DNA from: Macrostomum lignano | Lineage: Eukaryota | Length of the DNA stretch: 64,000 bases | Assembly: GCA_002269645.1 (NCBI GenBank) | Contig: NIVC01003711.1 | Coordinates: forward strand, 1-64,000 | Reading direction: 5' to 3' | Part shown: piece after piece, positions 13,597-25,330 of the stretch | Layout of the letters: the number at the start of each line of letters is the position of its first letter | How positions within the stretch are numbered: position 1 is the stretch's first letter | Position numbers and translations under genes: made by a program | The notes under the pieces: generated by a model | Databases searched by the model: none | Told to the model about the DNA's origin: nothing | The model's input: only the letters and a program-made list of their open reading frames with translations

Positions 13597-14974
13597 TCAA
13601 AAGTACGTAGTGATCTCCTGCTCTTCGAAGGTGTCACCGTGCCTGGCTGCGGTCGCCGGATGCGGCCGCTCCAGTTGGAATTCGCCGCGGGTAACCCGGC
13701 CGCCGGGAGGTGGCGACTTGTGAAGGTCGATGGTGACAGTTGAGCCGCCGCCGACGACGCTGCTGACACCGCCGCCGCCGCCGCCGCTGCCACGACCTCC
13801 AGTTGGCGAAGAAGCCGAGTTCAGCTCGGCGTAGCCGGAGCTTCCCTCCTCGTATATGGGTGAAACGGAGGCGGCCGCGGCTGCGGAGCTGGCCAAAGCT
13901 GAGTCCTCATCAGTTGGATAGTCAGGCAGCGGGCGGGCCTTGCGCACAGTCAGCAGTAGGTGCGGCGACGCCTTCAACGCCACCACCGTGGCCGAGTGCG
14001 GCAGTCCGGAAAGGCGCTGACCGTTGGCCTCCAGCAGCTCGTCGCCGACCTCCAGGCCGACTTGCTCCGCTGGCGAGCCGACTTTCACAGACCGGATGAA
14101 GACGCCGTTGGGCCGGTCAGGCGGACCGTCGCTGGCCACTGAACAGCCGACGCCGCCGGCGTCACGGACGTTCAAGAAGACCCGCACGGTGTCCCGGTGG
14201 GTGTTCAGCAGCTCTGGGGAGATGTGCTCCCAGCTGAGCGGATCGTCCGGCACAATTCGCCTCGGGATGAGGCCGACCCGGCGAACCCGGAGGCTGAGAT
14301 CGTTGCGCGAGCGAACCAGGTCGGCCAGCTCGGCTGAGATCGCTCGATCGATGCGGAATCCGTTAACTCGGACCTGGAGGCGCCGGATTATTTGAGGTCA
14401 TCAGTTCGAAATTAATAGGATGGAACAGGTGATGAGATATGATCACAGATTATAAGACAATTACCCTATTATGTCACACCTTATGTTCCAAGAGCAATAC
14501 AAAACAAAGCCGCCACAATTAAACTTAAAGTGATTTTACCAGTTCATCTCCCGGCATGAGCCCTTGCTCCCATGCGTGCGACCTCGGCCTAACGTAGGTC
14601 ACGTAGAACCCGATGCCGTGCTCGGCGCCGCCCCGTACGCTGAACCCGTAGGGCTCTGGCTCGCCAAAAGCGCTACTGGCGGCGCCGCTTCGCTGCAGCT
14701 GGACCAGAGCCGGCCGATCCGATGGCGGTCTCAATGCCCTGGCATCGTAAGCGATCTGGTGCCGAAGCGGGATCAGTGGTCTGACAGCCTCGTAGAGGGG
14801 GATACGCCTGGGCGAGTTGACAAAACGGCGCATCTCGCGCAGCAGGCGCTCTAAGTCAAGGCTGGATCGGTATTCTCGAAGCATGCTATGGAATCGGTTC
14901 CGTTCATCCTCATCTGGCAGCAACTGCTCAACAGCTTCCCAGAAACTCTTCACTAGCCGCATATCCGTTGTCAT
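13597..14974 (-). CDS. USH1C: Harmonin (USH1C)-like protein: N-domain + PDZ1 + PDZ2 + C-terminal PDZ-binding motif; 2 exons, ~403 aa
   Basis: Exons 14974-14540 and 14373-13597 (phase 0). RIPLYEAVRPLIPLRHQIAYD, GFSVRGGAEHGIGFYV, GDEL|VRVNG and VGLIPRRIVPDDPLSW parallel harmonin ([36 protein letters not shown]). Second PDZ GVFIRSVKVGSPAEQVGLEVGDELLEANG. Ends EITTYF*. Confidence 0.8.
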
Positions 14975-16163
14975 GTCGAAGTGGCATTAATATAGAATAA
15001 GTATAGATTGATGCTTGAATGGCTTATACTTTTGCGAAAATACAAAGACAATAAAAGCCAACTAGCAACAACCTACTTGCTTAACTAACCACATGGCATA
15101 TATATGAAACATTAAAAATATTTAAACATTGATATTAATTGCAGCAAAATAAAAATTCATATGAAATTTCTATTCTTTATGCACAAATTGCTTATTAATT
15201 TTATTCCACCAACAATTTGTACTATACTTCTTTATATAAAATAGCTGGATTTGACAAACAGTGCATAAATTGCATTTTGATAGTGCATTAAATTTATAAT
15301 GCTTTATAAAAGAGATAATTTTACAAAGCATTCATTTATCAAGTAAAAACCTTAAGTTTAAATAAAATTAAAGATAAAATAACTATATTTCCTTCAGTTG
15401 TAGATTCTAGATTATTTATCTAATTATCTTTATCAATTTTTAATAAATAAGCTATAGGATATTCGTATAGATTATATATCTAGTTCTATAGCAAAGCACT
15501 ATAAAATATTATAGTTAATATAATACAATATATAGTATAAGTAAAAAATGAGAGGATGTGCAAATGGAAGCCTTTTGATATTACATTTGAATTTACTATT
15601 TAGAATACCACAAGCAAACTTCATGGAGCCTGGCATGTACACTCTACAGGTAAAGAATAATATATTAAAAACCTCAAATTCGGCTCATTTCGAAGTGGAT
15701 TTTAAACAAGTTTTTTTACATTTAGGAGTGGGCCGAACATAGCATCAGCATAGCAAAGAACAGAAATTTAAGTTTTGTAACGACCTCGATCCCGACATTC
15801 ATAATTGGCAATTGACGTTAATATTAAAATTAATACTGACACTCCTAAATATAGCTATAGTTTTCGTTTTTACTAAACTCTACAAAGTAGTATAGTAAGA
15901 TATGCTAAAATTAATAGTATTATTTTGTTTAAATAATAATTATTAGCTCTATCCTACAGTTTTTTGTTTTAGTACTTAATGTTTTAGCTGCTTTGCGCAA
16001 TCCGGCGTAGTTAGAAACATAAAACAGCTAACGACGACGCTTTTCTTAACTTTATTAGCTAACAGTCAAGACAAAGCCAACTGGCCACTACGAGAACTCC
16101 ATTGTACCTTTAAGAATTTATATCAATTGCCATACACGTCGAATTTTAGTGAACACCTTCGCA

Positions 16164-19100
16164 ATGACATCAGAATTAACAGGAATAAAGAAGCGCGTAT
16201 GCTATTATTATGATGGTAGGTATAAAAATTATCATTTATGAAAATGATGCTATTCTTCAAATTATTTTTTATTTGATTCAAAACGATGTTTACAATGTCT
16301 AACCTTTAGTTGCATTTGATGCATTTGATAATAAAATCTGGATCTTAACTTCCTTCATGTCAGTAAAATAATTTTTGATGGAATAAATGGTAGGCCTAAC
16401 TATATAATATTATAAAGTTCTTACTTAAGTCAAGACTTGTTAGTGATGCTTTAAGTTTATGTCCTAGCAAATTATAATATTTGTCTTTGTGTTTTTAAGT
16501 TGCGCCTAGACTTATTGTAAGATTTGAAAATGCACTGTAATTAATTTTAAGAATTAAAATGCACTCAGCTCTGTGATTTCAGGGCTGTCTTTAAAGTGTT
16601 ACATGTGTTATGATTTTGTGCATAATTTTCAAAGCAAATATTTTAAAATGTGTACAAATGTAAAATAATATTCTTTAGGGCCTTTTAGAACATTAGTCTT
16701 GACTAAATTTAACTAAACTAATATATTATAGTATAGTGGCTATTTAGTTGATACTTAGATTAAATTTCATATCATAGCTAGGTCATCTTGTTACTAACAT
16801 ATAATATTGGCCTATGTTGTTTAAGTTAGATAAATATTATAAATAAGAATATTAATTGCAAGCCCAAAATATTAATTTTAAAGAATTTATTCTTGTAACA
16901 ATGCAGGGATTCCCCGAGCAATATTCAAGATTGATATTCGGAAATAACAAAAATCTCTGCTTTTAAAGCACCAAACGCCATGATTTTTACAGAAAAAACA
17001 TCACCCACGAGATAAACCGACTTAAAAAAAATTACGGCTACAGATTGAAAGGATTTTTTACAATTTGCCAAAAACTGGTGCTTCCCTATCTCCACAATGC
17101 ATTAGATTGATATTCAATTTTGAGTACTTCTGCTTGCTCTCTGTCGCTGAAAATTGACATGCAGGACTTCACCCAGACATTAAGCGTTTATTTGCACTGA
17201 ATAAATTATAATTTAGATGAAACTCAATTAGCTATGCTGCTCAAATGCTGCACAAAGTTAGGCCATTGAATTGTATGGTAATCGATCAGCTGGGTAAATT
17301 GATGCAAAAGTACAGTGTACATGCTGCAATGTCATAAAGAAAAGAGCTAATCTAATGCACTGTGGAGATACATGTATTGATACATGTACATGTAGAAACA
17401 TCAGTTTTTCTCGAATAGTTCTCGAGCATGAAGCTTTGAGTTCGGTTTGAGTTATGATAATCGCTTAGTGTCTGGGTGAGTCCTGCATGTCAATTTTCAG
17501 CGACAGAGAGCAAGCAGAAGTACTCGAAATCGAATATCAATCTAATGCATTGTGGAGATAGGGAAGCACCAGTTTTTGGCAAATTGTAAAAAATCCTTTC
17601 AATCTGTAGCCGTAATTTTTTTAAGTCGGTTTATCTCGTGGGTGATGTTTTTTCTGTAAAATTTCATGGCGTTTGGTGCTTTAAAAGCAGAGATTTTTGT
17701 TCTTTCCGAACATCGATCTTGAATATTGCTCGGGGAATCCCTGCATCTTGTAACAGATTCATTTTTAGCAACAATGAAATCAGTAATAACAAAGATAGAC
17801 ACTAAGGTACTATGTAGTTGTAATATTTGATAAAATGCCTAAGAGTAAAAGGCAAGTCCATAGAAAAATAAAAAAGGGTTTACTCAAATATCTTTGCTAA
17901 TATTTTTTGGTCTCCTATCATTTTATTTTTCAAATCCCTTGTAAAGATAAGTGGCTATTTAGTTGCTATGTGGCTTTGCCAATAATAGCCCTTTCTGGTT
18001 GCAATAAATATTGCTTTTAGGGACTTCTAGAAATTAAGTTATATAAATTAGTTCCAGTTTTAGTAAGATCATACTTTTGTTTTTGAGAGTGCTAATTTCA
18101 AATTTAGGCTTTGTTTCTACATTGCTTTTTTTTCAAAATTCATGTTGCCTAAAACCAGGGTATAGGGAATGGGAGCTTTAGGATTCTATGGTTATTGCCC
18201 TTCCTAGTTACAATATATATTAATTTTTTAAATAGGGCTAAGTATATTTCTCAAATACTCTTTTATCTATGCTACATAGGCTGGGTTGTTTTTTTTCGTC
18301 CATAACTTGGGTGCGATTTCGCACCCTGTGCTAGATTTCAGGGTGCGATTTTCAAGACCAGGATGCGCTGCACGTCCATAACACTAAATTGTAAAACCCG
18401 CATCACATCCTTGCAAAAAATTGGGTGCACTTTTCGCACCCTGAGTCAAATTTCAGGGTGCGATTTTTAAGACCAGGATGCTATTCGCACCCATTCGCAC
18501 AAAAAAACCCAGTACATAGGACCTGACTAGTATGCTCTTAATTTGACACTGTCTAGTACATAAATTAAAAGTTGAAAAATAAACATTTTTTTATAATTTG
18601 TTTATATTTGCTTATGCTACTAAGTATAAGCAACAAATATACTTAGTTATAGATAGTTATTTTTATAAGATAAAATTTTACAAGAAAAGACAATTATGAT
18701 GTAAGACAAATTATTATTTATTTTAGTAAATAGCATATAACCTTAAAAATATCTGTTTGAATTCTATTAGTTGAGTTTTTTGTTAGCAGTTGCATAATAA
18801 TAGAATGCATAGCTTTCTCAAACTCATCTTATATTACAGTTACATTAGGAGGCATACAATTGTATAAACAGACCAGAATCCTTCCAAGAATACATGAATA
18901 CTTCTTTCATTTTTTAGAGCCTTCAATAAAAGGGATTCATTTTAATTTTTTAATATCTACTAAACTTAATAAAACAACAACCCCCACCATGCCCAGGCGA
19001 CATCGGCAACTACTACTATGGCCAGGGCCACCCCATGAAGCCGCACCGCATCAGGATGACGCACAACCTGCTGCTCAACTACGGCCTGTACCGCAAGATG

Positions 19101-21079
19101 GAGATCTACCGGCCGCACAAGGCCACGGCCGAGGAGATGACGCGTTTCCATAGCGACGACTACATCAAGTTCCTGCGCTCCATCCGGCCGGACAACATGC
19201 ACGAGTTCAACAAGCAGATGCAGCGCTTCAACGTCGGCGAGGACTGCCCCGTGTTCGACGGCCTGTACGAGTTCTGCCAGCTCAGCACGGGCGGCTCCAT
19301 CGCCGGCGCCGTCAAGCTGAACAAGGGCGCCACCGACATTGCCATCAACTGGGGCGGCGGCCTTCACCACGCCAAGAAGTCCGAGGCGTCCGGCTTCTGC
19401 TACGTCAACGACATCGTGCTGGCAATCCTGGAGCTGCTCAAGTACCACCAGCGGGTTCTGTACGTCGACATCGACATCCACCACGGAGACGGCGTCGAGG
19501 AGGCCTTCTACACCACCGACCGCGTCATGACCGTCTCGTTTCACAAGTACGGCGAGTACTTTCCCGGCACCGGCGACCTCAAGGACATCGGGGCCGGCCG
19601 GGGCAAGCACTACGCTGTGAACTTTCCGCTGAGGGACGGCATTGACGATGAGGCATTTGAGCAGATCTTTGCCCCCGTCATCACCAAGGTCATGGAGCAC
19701 TACAGGCCCTCCGCCACCGTTCTGCAGTGCGGTGCCGACTCTCTGGCTGGGGACCGCCTTGGCTGCTTCAACCTGTCGCTGAAGGGCCACGGCCGCTGCG
19801 TCCAGTTCATGAAGAAGTTCGACACCCCCCTGCTGTTGCTGGGTGGCGGCGGCTACACCATCAGGTGAGCTGGTTGTCTCATCTGGGATGCTGGGTGCCT
19901 CATCTGGGATGCTGGGGCCTCATCTATTGTAGGATGCTGGGGGCCTCATCTGGGATGCTAAGTGCCTCATCTGGGATTCTGTCTTGATGCCTAATCTTTG
20001 ATGCTGTGCCTCATGCTAAGTGTGTCATCTGGGATACTGGGTGACTCTTCTGGGATGATGGGTGCCTTATCTCGGGTGCTTCTAAGTGCTTCATCTGGGA
20101 TGCTGGGCGCTGCGGCCAACTGATCCCAAAATCATCCCCAATTCCTTGACACGTGACCAGCTGATCCCAAAATCGCCCCCAATTCCTAGAAACGTGGCCC
20201 GCTGCTGGACCTACGAGACGGCCATCGCCCTGGGCCAGGAGATTCCGAACGAGCTGCCCTACAATGACTACTTTGAGTACTTCGGGCCGGACTTCAAGCT
20301 GCACATTCAGCCGTCGAACATGTCCAACCAGAACACGCCCGAGTACCTGGAGAAGATCAAAACTCGGCTGCTGGAGAATCTGCGAATGCTGCCGAACTCG
20401 CCTGGGGTGCAGATGCAGGGTGCGTGTCTGGCGCTGCCTGCGGTTCTTTGCTAATGGCTTTTTAATTTGGGATGGGGGTGCATAAAGAAGATAAACTCTT
20501 GATTTGATATACACTGTGAATTAAGTAGAATCTCCTGCCATAAAATCCCATCCATTGGAATCCCCATCAGTAGAATTCAGTAGGTTATAGTGAAAGGAAT
20601 GCCAGTTATCCCTGTGGTTGATTTCTCCTGTTTTTACTTTAGAGTTGCATATTGCTACTAACGAGTAGCAAGTATGAGATTTGTTGCACTAAAATCCCAT
20701 TAATATTTTAAATTTTACTTTGAAGAATTTCATATTGCTATAAGTAGCAAGTTGAGCATTTGCAATCAGTAGTTTCCATTCCCCAACGCCGCCAGACATC
20801 CCCGAAGACGGCATGGCGGTTGACGAGGACGTCGCCCAGGAGGAGGCGGAGCAGGACCGCGGCAAGCGGGACGAGCAGCGGGTGAGCATCCGCTCCTCAG
20901 ACAAGCGCGTCTCCGGCGACAACGAGCTCAGCGACAGCGAAGACGAGGCCGGCGATGGCAGGCGCGACTCGAGGTCGCACAAGCGGCAGAAGCGGGACAG
21001 CCGGGGCGAGACGGCCGCCGCCTCTGCCGCTGGCAAGGCCGCCGAGAACGGAGACGGCACAGCGGCCAAGACCGACTGA
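16164..21079 (+). CDS. HDAC1: Class I histone deacetylase HDAC1/2 (Rpd3), 4 exons
   Basis: Exons 16164-16215, 18997-19864, 20190-20419, 20796-21079, all GT-AG and in phase. Motifs [69 protein letters not shown]...SDSEDE. Confidence 0.97.
16901..17746. mobile_element. Non-autonomous foldback DNA transposon (Mutator-like) in HDAC1 intron 1
   Basis: ~285-bp near-perfect TIRs (16901-17186 / 17462-17746) starting ATGCAGGG; 9-bp TSD CTTGTAACA at 16892-16900 and 17747-17755. Confidence 0.85.
18281..18512. mobile_element. 232-bp MITE with 8-bp TSD in HDAC1 intron 1
   Basis: Ends CTGGGTT...AACCCAG; TSD TACATAGG at 18273-18280 and 18513-18520; internal ~55-bp direct duplication (GGGTGCGATTT..CGCACCCTG..AAGACCAGGATGC). 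Confidence 0.7.
18997..19864 (+). CDS. HDAC1: HDAC1/2 exon 2 (catalytic core)
   Basis: Near-invariant class I HDAC sequence. Confidence 0.97.
19879..20105. repeat. Degenerate CATCTGGGATGCT minisatellite in HDAC1 intron 2
   Basis: About 10 degenerate copies starting ~15 nt after the donor. Confidence 0.75.
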
Positions 21080-22104
21080 TGCTTGTGTGTGTTTGTCATC
21101 TGTTTAACAGCTCATACTGAACTATTCATTCTCGCGATTGTGTTCAATGTCTGTTTCATGTTCTATTGGGCTTTTGTTGTCATTTTGTTCAACCAAAATC
21201 ACAGATGCTAAAATAATTAGATGGGCCAATCAGGCATATATACTTTACGTTCAGTAGCAAAGAAGAATACATAAGCTATTTTATAAAAATAAAGCCAGCT
21301 GAAATGACTTTGATAAGCTCGGAAGCCCAAGCTTGCAGGCGTAAAAAACTTGCTAATTGGTTCGGCAATAATGTACATTAGCCAGGCTACTGAATGTACA
21401 TGGCAGCTTTTGGCGGGAATTCCGAGAAAGGCAATTAAAGTTAGGGCGGGGCGAGGGTAAGTGCGGAAAAACGCGGCTGGATGGTTTAAGCTGAGGGGGG
21501 GGGTAAGAGCAAATAAAATGGGCCTTGACTTTAAAAATACATTAAAATGCTAGTTTAACTTGCTACTGAACTGAAAGTAGTTTGCACGAAAATGTGCTGA
21601 GTGGCCCATCTAGTTTTTCTAGTATCTGTGACCAAAATTAAACGCTCGAAAATAAAATGGCAGCCTCAGGCTTGCGTTTTTTCAAGTTCGCAATTTCTAC
21701 CTTGCAAACTGAACATTTTTGTCGGCGCATTTTTATTGGAGATTTTCGGATACCGATGCCCGCGCGAGTTGAAGTAGTGAAATTAGATCTGATGCATGCT
21801 ATGGCGGCTTTTTATGTAATTTATATCCCTAATTTATATCCCTATCTACCCAATAAGTGTAGCTAACGTGTATTATTAGGTTTGCAAACACGCAGCTGTG
21901 TGTTAAAAAATGTTCACCCGCCCTTCCCCACGGCTACTGTAGCAACAGTGTCAACCAACTGCTAATATAAATACACGAGTAATTGTCGGAATCTGAACAA
22001 GTTTAACAATACTGTCATCGTGTGCAATTAATGTTGTTATAACCCGACTCGAATTCGACTGGAGAACAATTTAATAATGCATTTTTAAGTTTATTTGCAT
22101 AATT

Positions 22105-23064
22105 CATACCAGCTACATGTACATGCAGATGTACATGTATTTGTACATGCTATTTAAGGGAAGCTTAAGATGCCCATACCAGCTACATGCAGATGTACAT
22201 GTATTTGTACATGCTATTTAAGGGAAGCTTAAGATGCCCATACCAGCTACATGCAGATGTACATGTATTTGTGCATGCTACTTAAGGGAAGCTTAAGATG
22301 CCCATACCAGCTACATGCAGATGTACATGTATTTGTACATGCTATTTAAGGGAAGCTTAAGATGCCCATACCAGCTACATGCAGATGTACATGTATTTTT
22401 GCATGCTACTTAAGGGAAGCTTAAGATGCCCATACCAGCTACATGCAGATGTACATGTATTTGTGCATGCTACTTAAGGGAAGCTTAAGATGCCCATACC
22501 AGCTACATGCAGATGTACATGTATTTGTGCATGCTACTTAAGGGAAGCTTAAGATGCCCATACCAGCTACATGCAGATGTACATGTATTTGTGCATGCTA
22601 CTTAAGGGAAGCTTAAGATGCCCATACCAGCTACATGCAGATGTACATGTATTTGTGCATGCTACTTAAGGGAAGCTTAAGATGCCCATACCAGCTACAT
22701 GCAGATGTACATGTATTTGTGCATGCTACTTAAGGGAAGCTTAAGATGCCCATACCAGCTACATGCAGATGTACATGTATTTGTGCATGCTATTTAAGGG
22801 AAGCTTAAGATGCCCATACCAGCTACATGCAGATGTACATGTATTTGTGCATGCTATTTAAGGGAAGCTTAAGATGCCCATACCAGCTACATGCAGATGT
22901 ACATGTATTTGTGCATGCTATTTAAGGGAAGCTTAAGATGCCCATACCAGCTACATGCAGATGTACATGTATTTTTGCATGCTACTTAAGGGAAGCTTAA
23001 GATGCCCATACCAGCTAGATGCAGATGTACATGTATTTTTGCATACACTTAAAAGAAGCTTAGG
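22105..23064. repeat. 64-bp tandem satellite, ~15 copies
   Basis: Unit ATACCAGCTACATGCAGATGTACATGTATTTGTGCATGCTACTTAAGGGAAGCTTAAGATGCCC. Confidence 0.95.
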
Positions 23065-23749
23065 ATGTGACAAACTCACAACTTGATAATAATTTAGGAG
23101 TACGTTCAACGAAAACTTAAAAAGCTTCCGTTACAATGACTATTTATGTTACTTATATATGTATGTAACAGTGTACGTTAATTGTACTTTATATGTACGT
23201 GTTTATACTTTGTAAATCATTTTAACACTTGTGTATGCAAAATCAACAAGCATGCCCCTGACACAAATCAGATGTAAATTAGACGGTAAATTAACTAGTG
23301 AGGTAATTAAATCGTTACTTTTGCTGAAAAAAATTCATGGCAGAAGAGCTGTGTGCACCCTGGCGCACTTTAAGCGATATAACGCCGACATTGTCACACA
23401 ACCGACGAGAGTCCGAGGACCACTGTGTAGTATATAATATTAAGTGACCCAGATCTAATGCAATCATAGATCCTATCTCCGCAGACCGGTGAATTTTTTC
23501 CAGGAAATTGGCCTTCTATAAAAATTACACGATCTTTCAGTTTCCCTGAGCAGGCACACAAGTGCGCGGATACGTACAGTACGCAGTCATACGCACAGGC
23601 ACACTCTCACACAGGAGTGTACAGCTACCCTAACTTTATTTATCGTTAGGCATGTACACTTCACTGTGCGTTGGGGGGTTGGCCCCCAAGCATGAGCAGA
23701 GCTACTGAGCCAAGCCGAGATTCCAATTAAGCCCTCAAGATCGCAGCAC

Positions 23750-24350
23750 CACCATATCGCCGCGCCAGAGATCAGACAGGCGCTCAACTCCGTTGGTGCT
23801 GCGAAAGACGAGGGCCAGCCGATCCAGGAGGTAAAATTGCTCCGGAAATTCGCCACTGAGCCTGCAGACACCGCCCGGCCGCGATGCCTGTACGGTTCCG
23901 ATAGCAGGTACGTGTAGACTCTGGACAGTAGTCCGCCCTGGTCTGCGAGACCAGGATTTGCTGTTTGCGAGGACCAACGTAGTGCGCCATAAACGTCCAG
24001 GAGGTGGCCCTCCAGAGCCGGTTGAAACTTGTGGTGGTGCCGGATTGCATGGATCACTAGTGGAACGCCTGCTGGACCACGATCGCGCCTCGACTTCCTC
24101 CAGAAGGCGTTTTGGTCCTCTGGGCGGTCGGAGGCGATGGTGGCAATGGCGATCTAGCTGTCTGTGAGGATGGCGGCGTTGCTGGCCGCGCAGGTGATGA
24201 CATCCTGGAGGGCCAATCGGATGGCAATGAGCTCCACTTAAAAGATCTAGGCTGTACCAACGGCCGGTGCATGTTGGTGAGCCTGCCACCAGGTCCACCA
24301 GGATCAATCCCAGCGGGACCTTAATTCCAGCTCTCGTGTCCCAGCCCAGC
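23750..24350 (-). pseudogene. Decayed non-LTR retrotransposon fragment (RNase H + C-terminal region)
   Basis: - strand VELIAIRLALQDVITCAASNAAILTDS* (EL.AI..AL...TDS RNase H motif, in-frame stop at 24154-24156). In another frame, RKQQILVSQTRADYC...YRNRTG resembles the post-RNase H region of LINE ORF2. Confidence 0.55.
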
Positions 24351-24599
24351 AAGTGTCTAGAGCTGCTCGGAGGCCTGCTGGATATGGAGCTGTTTTTTAT
24401 GTTGTTGCTGTTGTTTCTGTGGGTTTTGTTTCGCAGTCCTTGTAAAACTAAAAAAAGGAAAAGGCTGCAATTTATTCTGCAACCAGGCAATCTCACAGCT
24501 TTTTGAGGACAAAATGCATTTTTCAAAATCTCAGTCAATGAAAGCCCAGTCAGCGAATCTTTTTCAGACGCCATTCCCTTTTATTATTATCCCTTAGCA

Positions 24600-25330
24600 A
24601 CCATTCCCTCTCAGCACCACTCCCCACAAGCTTCATCCCCTCAGCATCATTCCCTCAGCATCATCCCCTCAGCATCATCTCCTCAGCATCATCTCCTCAG
24701 CATCATCCCCTCAAGCATCATCCCCTCAGCATCATTCCTTTTCATCATTCCCTAAGCATCACTCACCTCAAACATAATTTCCTCAGCATAGCATCCCTTC
24801 AGCATTATTCTTGCAAATTTTTGCACTTACTTTCATATACGGCAGTCTTTTTTTAGCGGTTGTGAAGTTTCGCGGTTATAAAGTTTCGCGGCTGTGAAGT
24901 TTCACGTTTATGAAAGTATGATATTTAGCGGTTGTGAAGTTTCGCGTTTGTGAAGTTTCACGTTTATGAAAGTATGACATTTAGCGGTTGTGAAGTTTCG
25001 CGTTTGTGAAGTTTCACGTTTATGAAAGTATATGACATTTAGCGGTTGTGAAGTTTCGCGTTTGTGAAGTTTCACGTTTATGAAAGTATATGACATTTAG
25101 CGGTTGTGAAGTTTCGCTGTTGTGAAGTTTCGCGATTGTGAACTTTCACGTTTATCATGGAAGTGGGTGATTTAGCTTATGAAATTTCCCGTTTGTGAAA
25201 GCAACCCCTTCAAGCATCATCACCTCAGCATCGTCACTTTAGCAAACTCCCCCTCAGAATCAGTGGCTCGTGAGCAACATACCCTCTCAGTATCAACCCC
25301 CAGCATCAAAAATCTTATATTAGCATCATT
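24600..25330. repeat. Compound minisatellite: CATCATCCCCTCAG-type repeats interrupted by a GTGAAGTTTC(G/A)CG higher-order array
   Basis: Flanking arrays 24600-24810 and 25200-25330; inner array ~24855-25160 with ~56-58-bp higher-order units. Confidence 0.75.

Noticed and set aside
18966-19790. 274-aa antisense ORF over HDAC1; similar antisense ORFs over ENL (41601-42494), SPEN and the secreted gene (62242-63105)
   Set aside because: Expected shadow frames of GC3-rich coding sequence; no recognisable motifs.
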